This document shows, one piece after another, positions 1 to 12,459 of a DNA stretch of 64,000 nt. The translations under genes were made by a program, and so were the position numbers. Numbering within the stretch: the stretch's first letter is position 1; each line of letters opens with the position of its first letter. Under the pieces are notes generated by a model. The model saw only the letters and a program-made list of their open reading frames with translations. It was not told where the DNA came from and did no database searches. Source of the DNA: Trichodelitschia bisporula (taxonomy: Eukaryota); contig ML996688.1 in assembly GCA_010356995.1 (NCBI GenBank), forward strand, positions 930,001 through 994,000, written 5' to 3'.

Positions 1-1456
1 GGATGAAACTTGTTCAGATGAATGACGTCTCCAGTTAGCATCGCAGTCGTTACTGCCCCGATCGACCACATGTCCACAGCCTTGGAATACCCTTGGTCAG
101 ATCCGGCGGCCTTATTTATGCCATGTATCTCGCTAGAGAAAGTTTAGCGATCAGCTTATTCTTGACATAAGGTTTGTCGACTTACGGCGCAGCGTAGCCG
201 TGTGTTCCAACGAGAGAGAACATCCGATGGGACGCAGCATGACCCACGGTTCCTGCAGAGGCTCGGGAGTTGGCAAGATGCCGAGCATTGCCAAAGTCAG
301 TGATAACAATCCGAGCACCATCCACAAGGGAAGTCATGAGAATGTTATCAGGCTTCAAGTCACGATGCACGATGTCATGTGCATGCAGATATTCCACGGC
401 CTTGAGAATTTGTCGGACGAAGACTGCAGCTTGAGGGTCAGAAAGCCTCCCTCCCTTGGATTGGATGAAGGAAAAGAGATCACCACCTGTGATTAGCTCC
501 TGGAATATGAAGATTGATTTTGGGCTCCAGAACACCTTCTCTAAGTGAATTATGTTCGGATGGCTGAGGTCCTGGAGTACCTCAAACTCCCGGAATGCGC
601 GGTGAGTATGAACGGGGTCGGTCCGGAAATTTTGTGCGTTGTGAGCCTTGGAGACCAGGATCTGTGGGCTGTTGGCCGACTTAGATTGGAGTCCGCGGGA
701 AGCTTCCAGTTCATTGCGAGGTAAGGCTATGTCGACAATTTTGCAAGCCAGCTGCCGATTCGTCTTGACATGGTAGGCAGCAAACACACTTCCTTGACCA
801 CCGGCTCCAAGCTGCTGGTTAGTGATGACGTACCGGTCTCTGAAGAGCTGCTCAACAGTCAGCAGAGGTTGAAGTGACTGGAGTCTGGTTCACTTGTGCT
901 TGCAGCTTATGGTCTGCGCTGAGTTGCGAGGACTTCTCTGAGCTGGCATACTGAAAACAGAGCATAAGGTATGGACTAATACGCAGCTCGTCGTTTTGCT
1001 CCAGAAGGACGCTTCCTTGCTTTCGACTGAGGCGCGTTTCAGCAACATTACCAGCTTTGCTGAGAAAGGTGCCATTGGTAGAGAGATCTTGGACGTAAAC
1101 CAATGGCGGTATGGTGCTCTCCGGATCCTCTTCGAACAGGATGCAGTGGACACGGAGATGCTTATTCGAAAGGGTACGGTCGGCAGCGTGGAATTTACTG
1201 AACACTTAAGCGATGTGACTAGCCACGCGATTAACAGGACTCTACCAGGCAGGGCTTCTGCCAATGAAGAAGTTGTCATTAGTGTAAATTGGGATGCGAT
1301 CTTCAGTAGCTTGTAGCACAAGTCAGCCTCGAGCACTGGGACTGAATTGAGCAACTCACTCTTGAATGGTTGTCCTGGTGTAGTGAACCGAATATCACTG
1401 CAGTAAACATCGAAAAATGCCACTGGTCTATTGCTGCTGCTTCCACACGCCATCAT
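1..1456 (-). CDS. MEK1: FHA-domain Ser/Thr kinase, Mek1-like (Rad53/Chk2 family); multi-exon, 3' end runs off the window
   Basis: FHA segment SNKHLRVHC...VYVQDLSTNGTFL (ORF 852-1205). Kinase motifs LGAGGQG, LACK, HPNII, HRDLKPDN, DFG, GTHGYAAP|E across introns (GTAAGT donor at 185). Probable ATG at 1456. Confidence 0.8.
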
Positions 1457-1852
1457 TGACCTGGTAATGGGCTCACGATATGCACGAGCTGTTTCGGTGT
1501 TTCGGGATGCTGCAACTGGAGTTATATTTGAACTGGTGATGACGCTGCCCAGAACCCAGCCTTTGGGCTCCACACAAACACGGAAAATCAAGTCTCCGGA
1601 GGCCCGAGCTCCACATCCTTGGCATCGCTTAGCGAGGGGCCTCCCCTCACCCACCTACAAAATGGGAGCTACACCTGCTCCTCTTCTCAACATCGCATCA
1701 CTTTCATTTTCGAAGACAAGATGTAAGTATCTTCCACTGCAACCCTTCCTTCTAGCAATTGTCATAGACAATTCTCTCTACCTTCTGCCGTTCACTATTC
1801 ATTATCTGAGCACCAACACTGACAACCTCGACAGCTCTCTGACTTTTCGAAA

Positions 1853-1980
1853 ATGAGAGCGAAGTGGCGCAAGAAGCGCGTTCGTCGGCTTAAGCGTAAG
1901 AGAAGAAAGACTCGCGCTCGCAGGTACGATCATCGCATGTGGAGCTCAAGTTCATTACTCATTCTTTGAACAGCAAGTAA
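1853..1980 (+). CDS. RPL41: Ribosomal protein L41 (eL41/eS32), 25 aa; exons 1853-1923 and 1974-1980
   Basis: Spliced translation is MRAKWRKKRVRRLKRKRRKTRARSK*. GTACG...CAG intron at 1924-1973. Too short for the ORF track. Confidence 0.97.
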
Positions 1981-2623
1981 ACGTCTCCCTCCTTGACGCC
2001 TCAATTTTCCGGCAATCAACAATCACTTCCAACATCCCAGGCAAGCGCAACCTTTTCGGCAACATGATATGAACACGCCTTTGTTTGCTTTGTGGTTGCA
2101 TCGTGGATGATGGACAACGTTTGACGGGATGTGGGGTTTCGGAGGATCGTTCATGGTAGACGGCTCTAACACCGGCGGAAAGCCTTTGGGTCTGTCTTGC
2201 ACGTTCGGGATCTCAAAGAAAATCCAAGAAAGATCATCGTGCGCTGCCTTTTCCCAGTGACATCATTTACGATGTGCCTCATAAGCGATCATGCGACTGT
2301 ACCCCACATCCGATCGCCTATATTTGTGGGCCACTTTCCGGCCGTTGCGCTATGACGTCAAAGTATCCACTGCACCGCGGATGTGGCATGGCCTCGATTA
2401 CATACGAAAGGCCTAGGCCTAAGTGACAGTCTCTATCATATCGCGCAAAGCCATTCCAGCTGTATTGCCTTTTGGATGGGACTTCCAACTGTTTCCTCTT
2501 GCCTGAATTTTCATAAAATTGCGCGCATGAAATCTCCAGTATCCAACGCCACCCATACCTCACTGAGTTGTCTCGTTGATTTCTCATCCTTTCTTAATTA
2601 TCCCGCTATGGATAACGTTCCAT

Positions 2624-3152
2624 TTAATTGCCTACTTTACGTCAGTTCCTCATTTTCAAAGCACAAAAGGCAATACAACGCACCGTAGTAGCCCTGGTTT
2701 GCACCACCCTGTGGCTGATTACCATGGGCTGGCTGGCTGTTGTTGCCATAGGGGGATTGGGTATCGGGTCCCGGCTGGTGATACGGAGTCTGGTTGCTGT
2801 CCGCCTTGCCGTAACCTTGGTTGGTGTTGGCCTCCAGCGGCACCGCCTGATTCTTCTTCGCCTGGCGCTTCTTGATGATGATGAAGGCAATGATGGCGAT
2901 GACAAGGATAACGATCACGATGATGACGATGGCAGCGATGACACCGGACGAGATCTTCTTCTTCTTCTTCTTGACCGTCTTGGCGGCTTTAGTCGCGGCA
3001 CTGGTGGCAGAAGTGGCTTTCGTGCTGCTGGAGGTTTTGGTGGCCTTCGTCACGGCCTTCGTAGTGGCTGTGCTGCTGGTAACGGCAAGCACTGACGAAA
3101 AGAGCGAAAGAACGGTCACCAAAAAGAACGCGAGCGGCGCTTTGATACCCAT
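2624..3152 (-). CDS. Small type-I membrane protein: signal peptide, Ser/Thr-rich stalk, one TM helix, Q/G/Y/P-rich tail; exons 3152-2684 and 2631-2624
   Basis: Signal MGIKAPLAFFLVTVLSLFSSVLA; TM GVIAAIVIIVIVILVIAIIAFIII followed by KKRQAKK. A GTGCGT..CTGAC..TAG intron at 2683-2632 gives the ending GYYGN*. Confidence 0.8.
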
Positions 3153-5005
3153 GATGGATGATGTGGGCCAAGAAATGGTTCAAAAGTTGTTGAGAGGAGA
3201 AATAAGGATTCTTGAAGAACAGGGACGAAGATATGCGGCTGCGGTGGTCTAAATATCTCGCCCGTCGCTTTCGTGCATATCTCCACCACACCCAGCGCCC
3301 ACGAAAACCTCCCAGTCGCCCTGGAAATACGCCATGAACGCAGGGTTAGCCGTTTGCAAGTTTCGTGTGCGATCCCTTTGTACCAATTACCGACGGAGGA
3401 ATCAGCCACTTTGTTCAGCTCGTTGGCTTTCATCCTCTGGATTCCTGCTGCGCTAGTGGAAAACTTGCAACATGTTGTGCGATGGTGCCGCGGTTGCCAA
3501 GGGCCTATTGCCAGCAAAGAGGCGGCGGCGTTGCAGCTTTCCTGCTTGGAGTCTAGACGGTTATCTCGACGTTGGCCAAGCTATACCGTAGGGGCCCACA
3601 GCAGGAGTTCGTCGAGTCGAAGCTGGTGTTGACCGGAAAGTCGACATTATTTCGTATTCGTCAGGATGTGCGAATGAGGGGCGACGGATACATCCGAAGC
3701 GGCGCGAGAGCACGCTTCAGGGGGGTGATCTCGCCAGTTAGGGGTCAGATGAGGTCCGGTTAAGGCTGGCATTAATCCCAAATCAGTAAAGCGGGACAGC
3801 ACTTAATCTCCCCTCGCAGCATATCTGAGAATGTGAAGATCAAATCTGACGTCTCCGATTGCTAAAATCGAAAGACAGAAGAACGCTCGACAATGATTTC
3901 TGCTCGATGACCTTGTTTTTGTGCTGGAGTTGAATTGAAGCTAGCCAGAACTTGGCATCATTAGTTCCGACTGGTGGAAAAGGCCGATTCCAGCCATTCA
4001 ATTGCACGCGATGTTATCGTTGAGCTGCAGCGACCCGGTCGACGGAACACCGCCACTACCCGTCTGCGGCCTGCTGCGCCACGCATCAAGAATCTGGCCC
4101 CCGTAATGAGGCGCAGCATGCAGACCGTGTTGGCAAGGTGAACGACTACCGGTACATGCTTCTATGATAGGCAACTTGTTCTGCTTTGGCATGAGCGGTC
4201 CGTATAACTAGCCATTGCATCATATGCCCAGCTTCCACTGTAGCATTCACAGCCACAGTGGCTGCATATGAGTGACTGGGTCACTAATCAGTCCTGTTAG
4301 GACGGGCGCCTGGGACCAGGTAGGCGAAATGCATAGAGTTGGCAGACCAGAGTGTTTCGTGTCCATCACGAAGCGGTTCCTTCTCTCGAGTTCACATGCA
4401 GTGAAGAACCCATCGAGACCTAGAAACCATCCTCACTGTTTCAAAGGTCAAGCAATGCTTGCATCATTGGTTCTCTTCTATGGTGCCCGTGTCGATGTTT
4501 CCTGATAGCGACGATAACACCTTCTGCGAGTTAGTCGATTACTGGATCGAAGCTAGACTATGAGGGCAGAGCACTGGCTAGTTTGGAGGAAGGTTGGATA
4601 AGTAAATTGCAGTCGAGAGCCCGAATGCAAGACTGAGGTCATTTATGATGCAGCGCAAGGTCGAATGGCCGATCCGCATTAGATAGATGCGGCCTGGTTA
4701 CCAAGATACTGGAGAATAAGTCCCATGCAATGGAACATCGGTGGAGAAGTCTTCATGGAATTAGCTTCTATATGGAGGCAAAGTGAAGGTGAACGTATAC
4801 AGTACTGCCGGTGTTGCCCTGTGTACCTGGCCAATGCGGGGAAGCTTGTCGAGTGTACGAGCCAAGTGGGTCGTTCCTACCCCTGATCACCTGCGATGCT
4901 TGGCTCCCAATCAACAACAATCCCAGCGCGTGAGTCCTCACCAACAGACTGCCTCGACAAACGCCGTTCGCTCATTGCTTGTTCTTCCTAGGCCACCCCT
5001 TTCAC

Positions 5006-5011
5006 TATAAA
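5006..5011 (+). promoter_or_regulatory. Putative TATA box of the GH3 gene
   Basis: TATAAA about 40 bp upstream of the ATG. Confidence 0.4.
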
Positions 5012-5048
5012 TCTCTGTCCCATCCACCTAATGCTTAAACACTAGTTG

Positions 5049-7991
5049 ATGTACGCCATGACCATCCGCAAAGCGCAGGGCGAAGTCCCCGTTGACCAGA
5101 CCCTTCTCGATCCTAGCTCCGCAGAACGTTCCGACGACGACGATGACGCCTACGACGATGCCGACCTTTCAGACGCAGGCCAATACCGTGATGCCGAATC
5201 AGAGCCTTTGACTGGGGAAGGTGAAGGCGACGGGCGGAGAAAGGATGGCCGTCGGAACCCTGAGGTTGGCGGCGTCCCACCCCGCAGCAAGTCATGGGCG
5301 AGGCGTTGGCTCATTCCCACCAAGTTCGGTTGTGGTCTGATCCTGCTATTCTTCGCGACTGTCACCCTCCTTCTCATAGCTGGCGGCATGTGGGGCCTCA
5401 AGATGTCTCCGCTCGACGGACAGAGCCCACCTTGGTACCCGAGCCCTCGGGGCGGCACAGAGAAGACGTGGGCGAAGAGTTACAAGAAAGCTCATGCTTT
5501 GGTGCGGCAGATGACACTGGTTGAGAAGGTTAATGTCACGACAGGTGTCGGTTGGTCAATGGGCATGTGCGTCGGAAATACGGGTCCGGTAGAGCGACTT
5601 GGTTTCCCGAGCCTGTGCCTTCAGGATGGTCCGCTGGGGATACGATTTGCGGACAACATCACGGCTTTCCCCGCAGGTGTCACCGTTGGTGCGACGTGGA
5701 ACCGTGAACTCATGTACCTCCGCGGCAAGGCCCACGCGAACGAGGCGAGACGCAAGGGCGTCAACGTCATCCTCGGACCCGTCGTCGGACCATTGGGTCG
5801 AACTCCGCTTGGTGGGCGGAACTGGGAAGGCTTCGGCTCGGACCCAGTCCTCCAGGCTGTTGCAGCGGCAGAGACAATCCGCGGTATCCAATCTGAGGGC
5901 GTGATCGCAACCATCAAGCATTTCGTCGGCAACGAACAAGAACACTTCAGGCAGAGTTGGGAATGGGGCCGACCTAACGCCATCTCGTCCAACATTGACG
6001 ACCGGACGCTGCACGAACTTTATGTTTGGCCATTTGCCGAAAGTGTGCGTGCCGGCGTTGGCAGCCTCATGTGTTCGTATAACCAGGTCAACAACTCGTA
6101 CGCTTGCCAAAACAGCAAACTACTGAATGGTATACTCAAAGATGAGCTTGGATTTCAAGGCTTTGTGCAGTCAGACTGGTTGGCCCAGCGTGGCGGGGTG
6201 GCCAGCGCGCTTGCCGGTCTGGATATGAACATGCCAGGCGACGGGCTGCGGTGGTCCGATGGAAAGTCTCTCTGGGGCGGTGAACTCACCAAGGCAGTTC
6301 TCAATGGCTCTGTGACTGTTGAGCGCTTGGACGACATGGTTACCCGAATCGTTGCGACTTGGTATCAACTTGAGCAGGACGACACCACGAAATGGCCGGA
6401 ACTGGAAGAAGGACCAAACTTTTCGTCGTGGACTGACGAACAGATGGGATTGCTGCACCCTGGTAGCGACGACAAGACTATTGGCGTGGTTAACAAGTTT
6501 GTCGATGTGCAGAGCGAAGGCACGACCAAGCATGGAGATCTCGTGCGCAAAATCGGTGCCGAGGGTACCGTCTTGGTCAAGAACAGCGATGACTTCCTTC
6601 CCCTGGACCGGAAAGGACCCGGCAACATCGGCCACCCGTACCGAGTTGGAATCTTTGGTGACGACTCTCGCAACAATCCCAAGGGCATCAATTCATGCAA
6701 AGATCGGGCTTGCAGCGGGGGCACGCTGGCCATGGGCTGGGGCTCAGGTGCGGTCGAATACCCTTACCTGATCGCTCCACTCGACGCTCTAAAGGAGGCT
6801 TTTGACCAAGACACAGTCACTATTACGTCCTTCCCGCGCAACAAACTCTCGGTGAAAGAGGAGAAGGCCATGCGAGAGCAGGATCTCTGCCTCGTTTTTC
6901 TCAGCTCTAATGCTGGCGAGGGGTACGTCGGAGTTGGTGATCTGAGGGGAGACCGCAACGATCTGCAGCCTCAGAACATGGGGGCTTCTCTCGTCAAGAG
7001 TGTGGTTAAGAAATGCGGTAATGGCAAGGGTGATGTTGTGGTGGTTATTCACTCCGTTGGCCCTGTCCTGGTTGAAGACTACGCGGATATCCCTAACGTC
7101 AAGGCTATCCTTTTTGCAAATCTACCGGGCCAAGAGTCTGGTAACTCGCTAGTCGACGTCCTCTTCGGCGAAGTCAATCCCAGTGGGAGACTCCCTTACA
7201 CAATTGGCAAGAGCGTGAAAGACTATGGGCCAGCGGCCAAAATCATCACGGCGACTAAGCAAATCGTCCCGCAGCAGAACTTCTCCGAAGGCCTGCTCAT
7301 CGACTACCGCCACTTTGATTACTACAACATCACTCCTCGCTATGAGTTCGGCTTCGGCCTGTCGTACACCAAGTTCCAACTCTCCAGCCCAGTGCTCGAA
7401 TACAAAGACATCCCAAAGCGCCCACTTCCGTACCCGCGCTCAGGTGTCCTTCCTCCTCCGCGCTATGATACCACCATTCCCGACCCCAGCACCGCCCTTT
7501 TCCCCGCAGGCTTCAGGAAGCTGAGAAAGTATGTTTACCCATACATCAGCAGCATCAAGGACATTTCGCAGGGCAAGCCCCAGTATCCCCCAGGCTTCGA
7601 TGTGGCCCACCCATCGCCTCTCTCACCGGCTGGCGGTGGTCCTGGTGGCAACCCGGATCTCTTCAACGCCGTCGCCGAAGTCAAGGTCATACTGAGCAAT
7701 CTCGGCCCCCGGGACGGCTCCAGCGTCGTTCAACTCTATGTTTCCCTCCCTCGCAACTATGTCGATGAAGAAACCGGCGAGAAGATCGACTTTCCCGTAC
7801 GTGTGTTGCGGAACTGGCAAAAAATTGAAGTGAAGAAAGACGGACGCCAGGAAGTTGCGATGCAGGTGACGCGCAAGGACATGAGTTACTGGAGCACGAC
7901 GCGACAGAACTGGGTCATGCCGACGAAGCAGGGGATTAAGATAGAGATCGGCTTCTCAAGTCGGGATATTCGGGAAACACTGATGTATTAG
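5049..7991 (+). CDS. bglE: GH3 beta-glucosidase with type-II membrane anchor (BglE-like), intronless
   Basis: GH3 motifs LCLQDGPLGIR, GGRNWEGF, KHFVGNEQE, FVQSDW (nucleophile Asp), NAGEGY, PRYEFGFGLSYT. Acidic N-terminus followed by one TM segment. Confidence 0.88.
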   Translation: MYAMTIRKAQGEVPVDQTLLDPSSAERSDDDDDAYDDADLSDAGQYRDAESEPLTGEGEGDGRRKDGRRNPEVGGVPPRSKSWARRWLIPTKFGCGLILLFFATVTLLLIAGGMWGLKMSPLDGQSPPWYPSPRGGTEKTWAKSYKKAHALVRQMTLVEKVNVTTGVGWSMGMCVGNTGPVERLGFPSLCLQDGPLGIRFADNITAFPAGVTVGATWNRELMYLRGKAHANEARRKGVNVILGPVVGPLGRTPLGGRNWEGFGSDPVLQAVAAAETIRGIQSEGVIATIKHFVGNEQEHFRQSWEWGRPNAISSNIDDRTLHELYVWPFAESVRAGVGSLMCSYNQVNNSYACQNSKLLNGILKDELGFQGFVQSDWLAQRGGVASALAGLDMNMPGDGLRWSDGKSLWGGELTKAVLNGSVTVERLDDMVTRIVATWYQLEQDDTTKWPELEEGPNFSSWTDEQMGLLHPGSDDKTIGVVNKFVDVQSEGTTKHGDLVRKIGAEGTVLVKNSDDFLPLDRKGPGNIGHPYRVGIFGDDSRNNPKGINSCKDRACSGGTLAMGWGSGAVEYPYLIAPLDALKEAFDQDTVTITSFPRNKLSVKEEKAMREQDLCLVFLSSNAGEGYVGVGDLRGDRNDLQPQNMGASLVKSVVKKCGNGKGDVVVVIHSVGPVLVEDYADIPNVKAILFANLPGQESGNSLVDVLFGEVNPSGRLPYTIGKSVKDYGPAAKIITATKQIVPQQNFSEGLLIDYRHFDYYNITPRYEFGFGLSYTKFQLSSPVLEYKDIPKRPLPYPRSGVLPPPRYDTTIPDPSTALFPAGFRKLRKYVYPYISSIKDISQGKPQYPPGFDVAHPSPLSPAGGGPGGNPDLFNAVAEVKVILSNLGPRDGSSVVQLYVSLPRNYVDEETGEKIDFPVRVLRNWQKIEVKKDGRQEVAMQVTRKDMSYWSTTRQNWVMPTKQGIKIEIGFSSRDIRETLMY

Positions 7992-8649
7992 CGTGCGGCT
8001 GCTTGATTTGTGTTCCACTGTTGGCGTTCAGCGATTGCATCTTATGGGCGTATAGACTGGGAGTGCGACGGGATGGTTATGGTGTTATGCCGCTTAATAC
8101 GTAAATGCCCTCCGCTTCTGCCTCCGGAATTATGAGACGAGCAAGCTTTTGTCCTGTGCTCAAGCCTTTGCCTATGTTTTGATCCAGCCATTCGAGCCAG
8201 CTGACGTTGCACAGCGCTGCATAGGATTTCCGAGGCGCTTAGCAACAAGTGGCCTCGATCTCCTGGTCGAGACTTGTCAGGCGCTTGCAGTGCCCAGTAT
8301 AGGGCGAGCCTCAAACACGCGTCGCGTCGCATCGGTCCTCAAACACCAGCCAAGCACGGTCCGTAGCCTTAGGACGAACGGATGTCGCGCACCTTGAGCC
8401 TCAACTCCAACGCTGATACTATACATCGTACTTGGCTGCTTAGCTCGTTGCTTCTTTTTTTTAGCATGGACGAATTCGATCGATGGAAGACGTCAAAAGT
8501 TGCCTGTTCCCGCCCGAGTGTTGTACTTCCGCTCTGTAGACCAGCGGGCCCGGTCTGAACGTTCATCCCCTTGTGGATTCGGCTTATTGCATTCGCTCTC
8601 TGAAAATACCTGGGAGGATTAAAATTCCGGCGTTGACCGTCTTTTTATC

Positions 8650-9742
8650 ATGTTTACCCGTGCTGTCGTGAGCACTGTGCTGCTCTTCGCATCCCTCATC
8701 AACGCCGCGCCGCAACGAACGCAGGCGAAGCAGACTTCTCAGCAGGGAGCAGCCCAAGTTCCCCAGGTACCATTTCTATGAATCCATTGGTAGTCCTGCT
8801 AACAGCCCAGGGCATCTCCCGCCTTGCCGATGGCTCTACCATGCTCGATGCCACAGTCACCGTCAAGTACACTCCCCACCCTCTTCTTCACAATCCACCC
8901 ACTAACCCCATTACAGCGGTCTTCCCCTTCGCTACCGTGTCGCAGGCCCCGCCTCAATGTTCAAAACCGCCTCCCGCGTACAAGGCGCTTCCGCCGCGGC
9001 GAACGCAACAGGGTCAATGGGACTGAACGTCCTCCTGCACGGCGACGGCGGACAATCCTTCTTCGCCTTCCCCAACGCCCCTACACAAGCTAACCTCATG
9101 GGCGTCGCCGTCCTCGCACCAAACGCCAACCTCTTCTGGGGAGGCGGCTCAGGGCTACAGCGCACGAACGGGGCGGCCCACTCCGCGGCCGTAGCAGCCC
9201 TTGTGAAGAACGAGCTGCCGAAGGTACTCGCCTTCGACCCTGGAAACGTGTGGTTCACGGGCGTGAGCGGGGGCGCGCTCATGCTCAGCGGCTTCTTCGT
9301 CCCGGCGCAGATGGCCAAGTTCCCGAATGCGGGCGTGCTGCTCGCGTGCGGGGCGATGCCGCCGCAGGTCCCCTTCGTCGATTCTGCGAACGTGGTCGCG
9401 AATACGCGGATACATTTCCAGAGCACGGTGAATGAGCTGCAGAGCTTGCAGGGGTCGATTCCGGCGGCGGTGGCGGCGTATGAGCGGGTTGCGACGCAGG
9501 CGGGGCTGGGGGCGGAAGAGATTGCGGCGCGGATGACGGTGGATAATAGTCCTGTGGGCGGGCATTGTGCGTTTGATGGGCGGGGCTTTGGGAGTGGGGT
9601 TAAGCTTGTGGCGGATAGCTTTTCGGATATCATGCAGCCGGGTGGGAATGGGCAGTTGCCTGGTGTGGGGGATGTGAGGAGGACGGTGGTGGGGAATGAG
9701 AAGTTGGTGTTTGGGGCGCAGAGGAGGCAGAGGGCTGCTTAG
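8650..9742 (+). CDS. Secreted alpha/beta-hydrolase-like protein; exons 8650-8766, 8811-8866, 8917-9742
   Basis: Signal peptide MFTRAVVSTVLLFASLINA. Two in-frame introns with CTAAC branch points. Motifs LLHGDGG, G-V-S-G-G nucleophile elbow and C-terminal GGHC. Confidence 0.8.
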
Positions 9743-10728
9743 AGCAATGATATGCTCATTGTAATTTCGGAAGGACACAATTGAGCCTTTCAAGGCTTCG
9801 GCAACTGTTTGCTCTTCTACTGCAGATCTTCCCTTCGCAGTTATGTTGATTGATAATAAGGCTTATGCTCAGCCTTGCCCCAAGCCCAAGTTAGCGTGGT
9901 TAGCTCCGGCTGATATACTATGGTAGACCCAAGGCAGGAGCATTGTTATGTCAGGAAGGAGCATACTTATCTGAGGAAGGGACATGCGTAATGTACTCAT
10001 GACGGGAAGAAGGGGTATAGGAGGATACTTGGCATCAACAGTGTATTATAGTCTGAGCATATCCAACTCTCTTCTCTTCTCCTCTTTGTCTGTTATCAAC
10101 TCTTCATTTCACAACGTAGCCTTTGGCACATGTCAAGCCTATGCTTCCATTACCAGTACCCTCCTACACTCCATGGCACAAGCCTCCATCTTTGGTTCAT
10201 TGTGTACACAAATGGTCAAGCGTGCCAGCAGCCCTCCACGCTTCGAATGACATCATCTACTCTATACAGCTCACAACTGAGGTTGTACCACAACAGTGCG
10301 CGCTGCGGGGACTGCTGCAGCTGAACCCCAGACATCTACAATTATATGATCGGCAGATGATAGCTGTCTTTTGGTTGAAAGCGGCACTTGTATGCACCTG
10401 CAGACCGCAATGGAAGTTAAGGCAACCCCCATACCCTTGCTCATGGCAGAGCTGCAGGATCGATCGCCTACTTACAAACATCTTGTGCTCCCTGCCCCTC
10501 TCTCCTCCTCAACACCGCCCCTTACCATCTCAGACCTCAAGCTCGCGCTGTGCCCGCCAACACCCCACCAACATCCCACTAACCGCCGCAGCGCCATCGT
10601 GAAACCCACCCCGCAGCCGCACCATCGCATCACCACGCCGTCTACGCCCGCACATTAGCGCCTTACCGACTCTCAACGTAACGATCCCAAATCCTTGATA
10701 CGCTTCCTTTCACCACCTTTCTCAGCAA

Positions 10729-11145
10729 ATGTCCTCAGAAAGGCTCGACAAGCTCCAAGAAGTCCTCCGCGAAGCCCAGCTCATCCTGGCGGACGTCAAC
10801 GACGCGATGACCTCGAAAAAAGGCATAACCCGGGACAAGTTTGTCGACCTAGTAGACGAAATGCAAACTACCCTCACCGACATCTGCGAAGACTTCAATG
10901 ACTTGAAACCCCCAGCAGTAGCAATCGACAGAGGAAAATGGCGCGCCGAGATCTTCGCCTTCCTCAGCATAACCGTCGACCAGTGCCGTGCCGTCAGCAA
11001 GGCCCTGAAAAAGGGCCTCGAGGGCTTTACCTGTATGGATGGAGGGTGTGTAATTGTGGCATATGGCGAGCTTGAGAAAGCATTCTGGAAGCTGGATGAA
11101 GAAGTCGGGAAGCATGCACAAGAGCGGGCGGCAAAGGAGCTTTGA
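10729..11145 (+). CDS. Hypothetical helical protein; may be one exon of a larger gene spanning about 10400-11650
   Basis: 138-aa ORF with amphipathic, protein-like composition. No recognised domain. Confidence 0.4.
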   Translation: MSSERLDKLQEVLREAQLILADVNDAMTSKKGITRDKFVDLVDEMQTTLTDICEDFNDLKPPAVAIDRGKWRAEIFAFLSITVDQCRAVSKALKKGLEGFTCMDGGCVIVAYGELEKAFWKLDEEVGKHAQERAAKEL

Positions 11146-12459
11146 GTGGCGGGGCCCCTCCCGCTCATCTAAGCAGCCAACACCCCCCCGTGTAGCAAGT
11201 CCATCGGTGCCACCGAGCGCGAGCGCACGCGTTTCACCGTGAGACGCGCGAGCTGGCAGTGTCGCACCTGTCGAGCGCAATCTCCCGGCAACCAGGCGCG
11301 CTTGAAGAGAAGGCCATGGTGCGGTGGGTAGCTGCTTGATGATTTCTGGATGAGGAAGTGGGGAGGAGGGAGTTTGTGTGCTTTGTGCGTTTGTGCGAGG
11401 CCTTTGTGGTTCTTGTACGTGGTGGATGGGAGGGGACTGAGGAGGGTATTCCAGGTTCGCGGTTGCGCGGGACACGCGGCTAGGCGGTGCGGTATGCTTT
11501 GGGGGGTTGAGGCCGAGGAGGGAGACTGGTTCCTCTCGCCGTGTGACTGCTGGAAGGAGGTTGAGGTAGCGAGGACGACGCAGGAAAGCGTAAACAGGAA
11601 GGCAGAGCCTATTCCCGTTTCTCTGACCCATTCAAACGTCGCCTAACACTCGCTTCCACCCGCACAGCCTTGTCCCTACAACCGCCCGCCCGTGCCCGTG
11701 CCCCAGCCTTACGTCCGAACAGTAAACACACTCCTGTCGCGCAACCATGCATGACATCTCATCTTGCATTGCGTGGACGCGCGTTCTCCGATTGATAACC
11801 TGTTCCCTATGAAGCCAATCAAACCCCCCAGTCTATATCCACGGCATGAGCAAGATATCACGCCCGCGATCGTCCAGCCCAAGAAGCCTAGCCTAGCCTT
11901 GCCGCATCGCAATGAACACTCCCAGCGCCATCCCCTCGCTTCGAATCAGCGCCAGCCCAAGTCCCTCACCTCGTAGGGTTCGCACTTCCTAGTCAACCAA
12001 TGTTGGTAACATAGCTCAATCGAAAGCGGCGGACTCTGGTCTCACGATCTCGGGTTCAAACCCTCAGGTGGTCAAGATGGCTCGGAAATCTCCTTTTGAT
12101 GTTTTCTATCACTACGGAGTGTCCCACTTTTCTGGCCCAGGTATGCAGAGCCGGAACGCATCGCCATTCCCATCTCGAATCCAGCGAGATAGTTGCTCTT
12201 CCACCAGCCCTACGCAGTGAAGCAAGAAGCCAGCCCAGCGCGCGCCGCCTTCCCCACATCCACCCCCAAACATCTAGACCATGCACGTTGTTCGCCGAAC
12301 CGGAATATCAAATCCATAACCCATAACGGCATGAACCCATCCGATTTTCTGCCCATCGCCACCATCTTCGAAACGCCTTAACCAGAAAAAGCCAGAAATC
12401 CTAACAACCCAAAAAAACCACGCCAATAACGACAGTGAGCGCAAACCCGCCAAAAGAAT

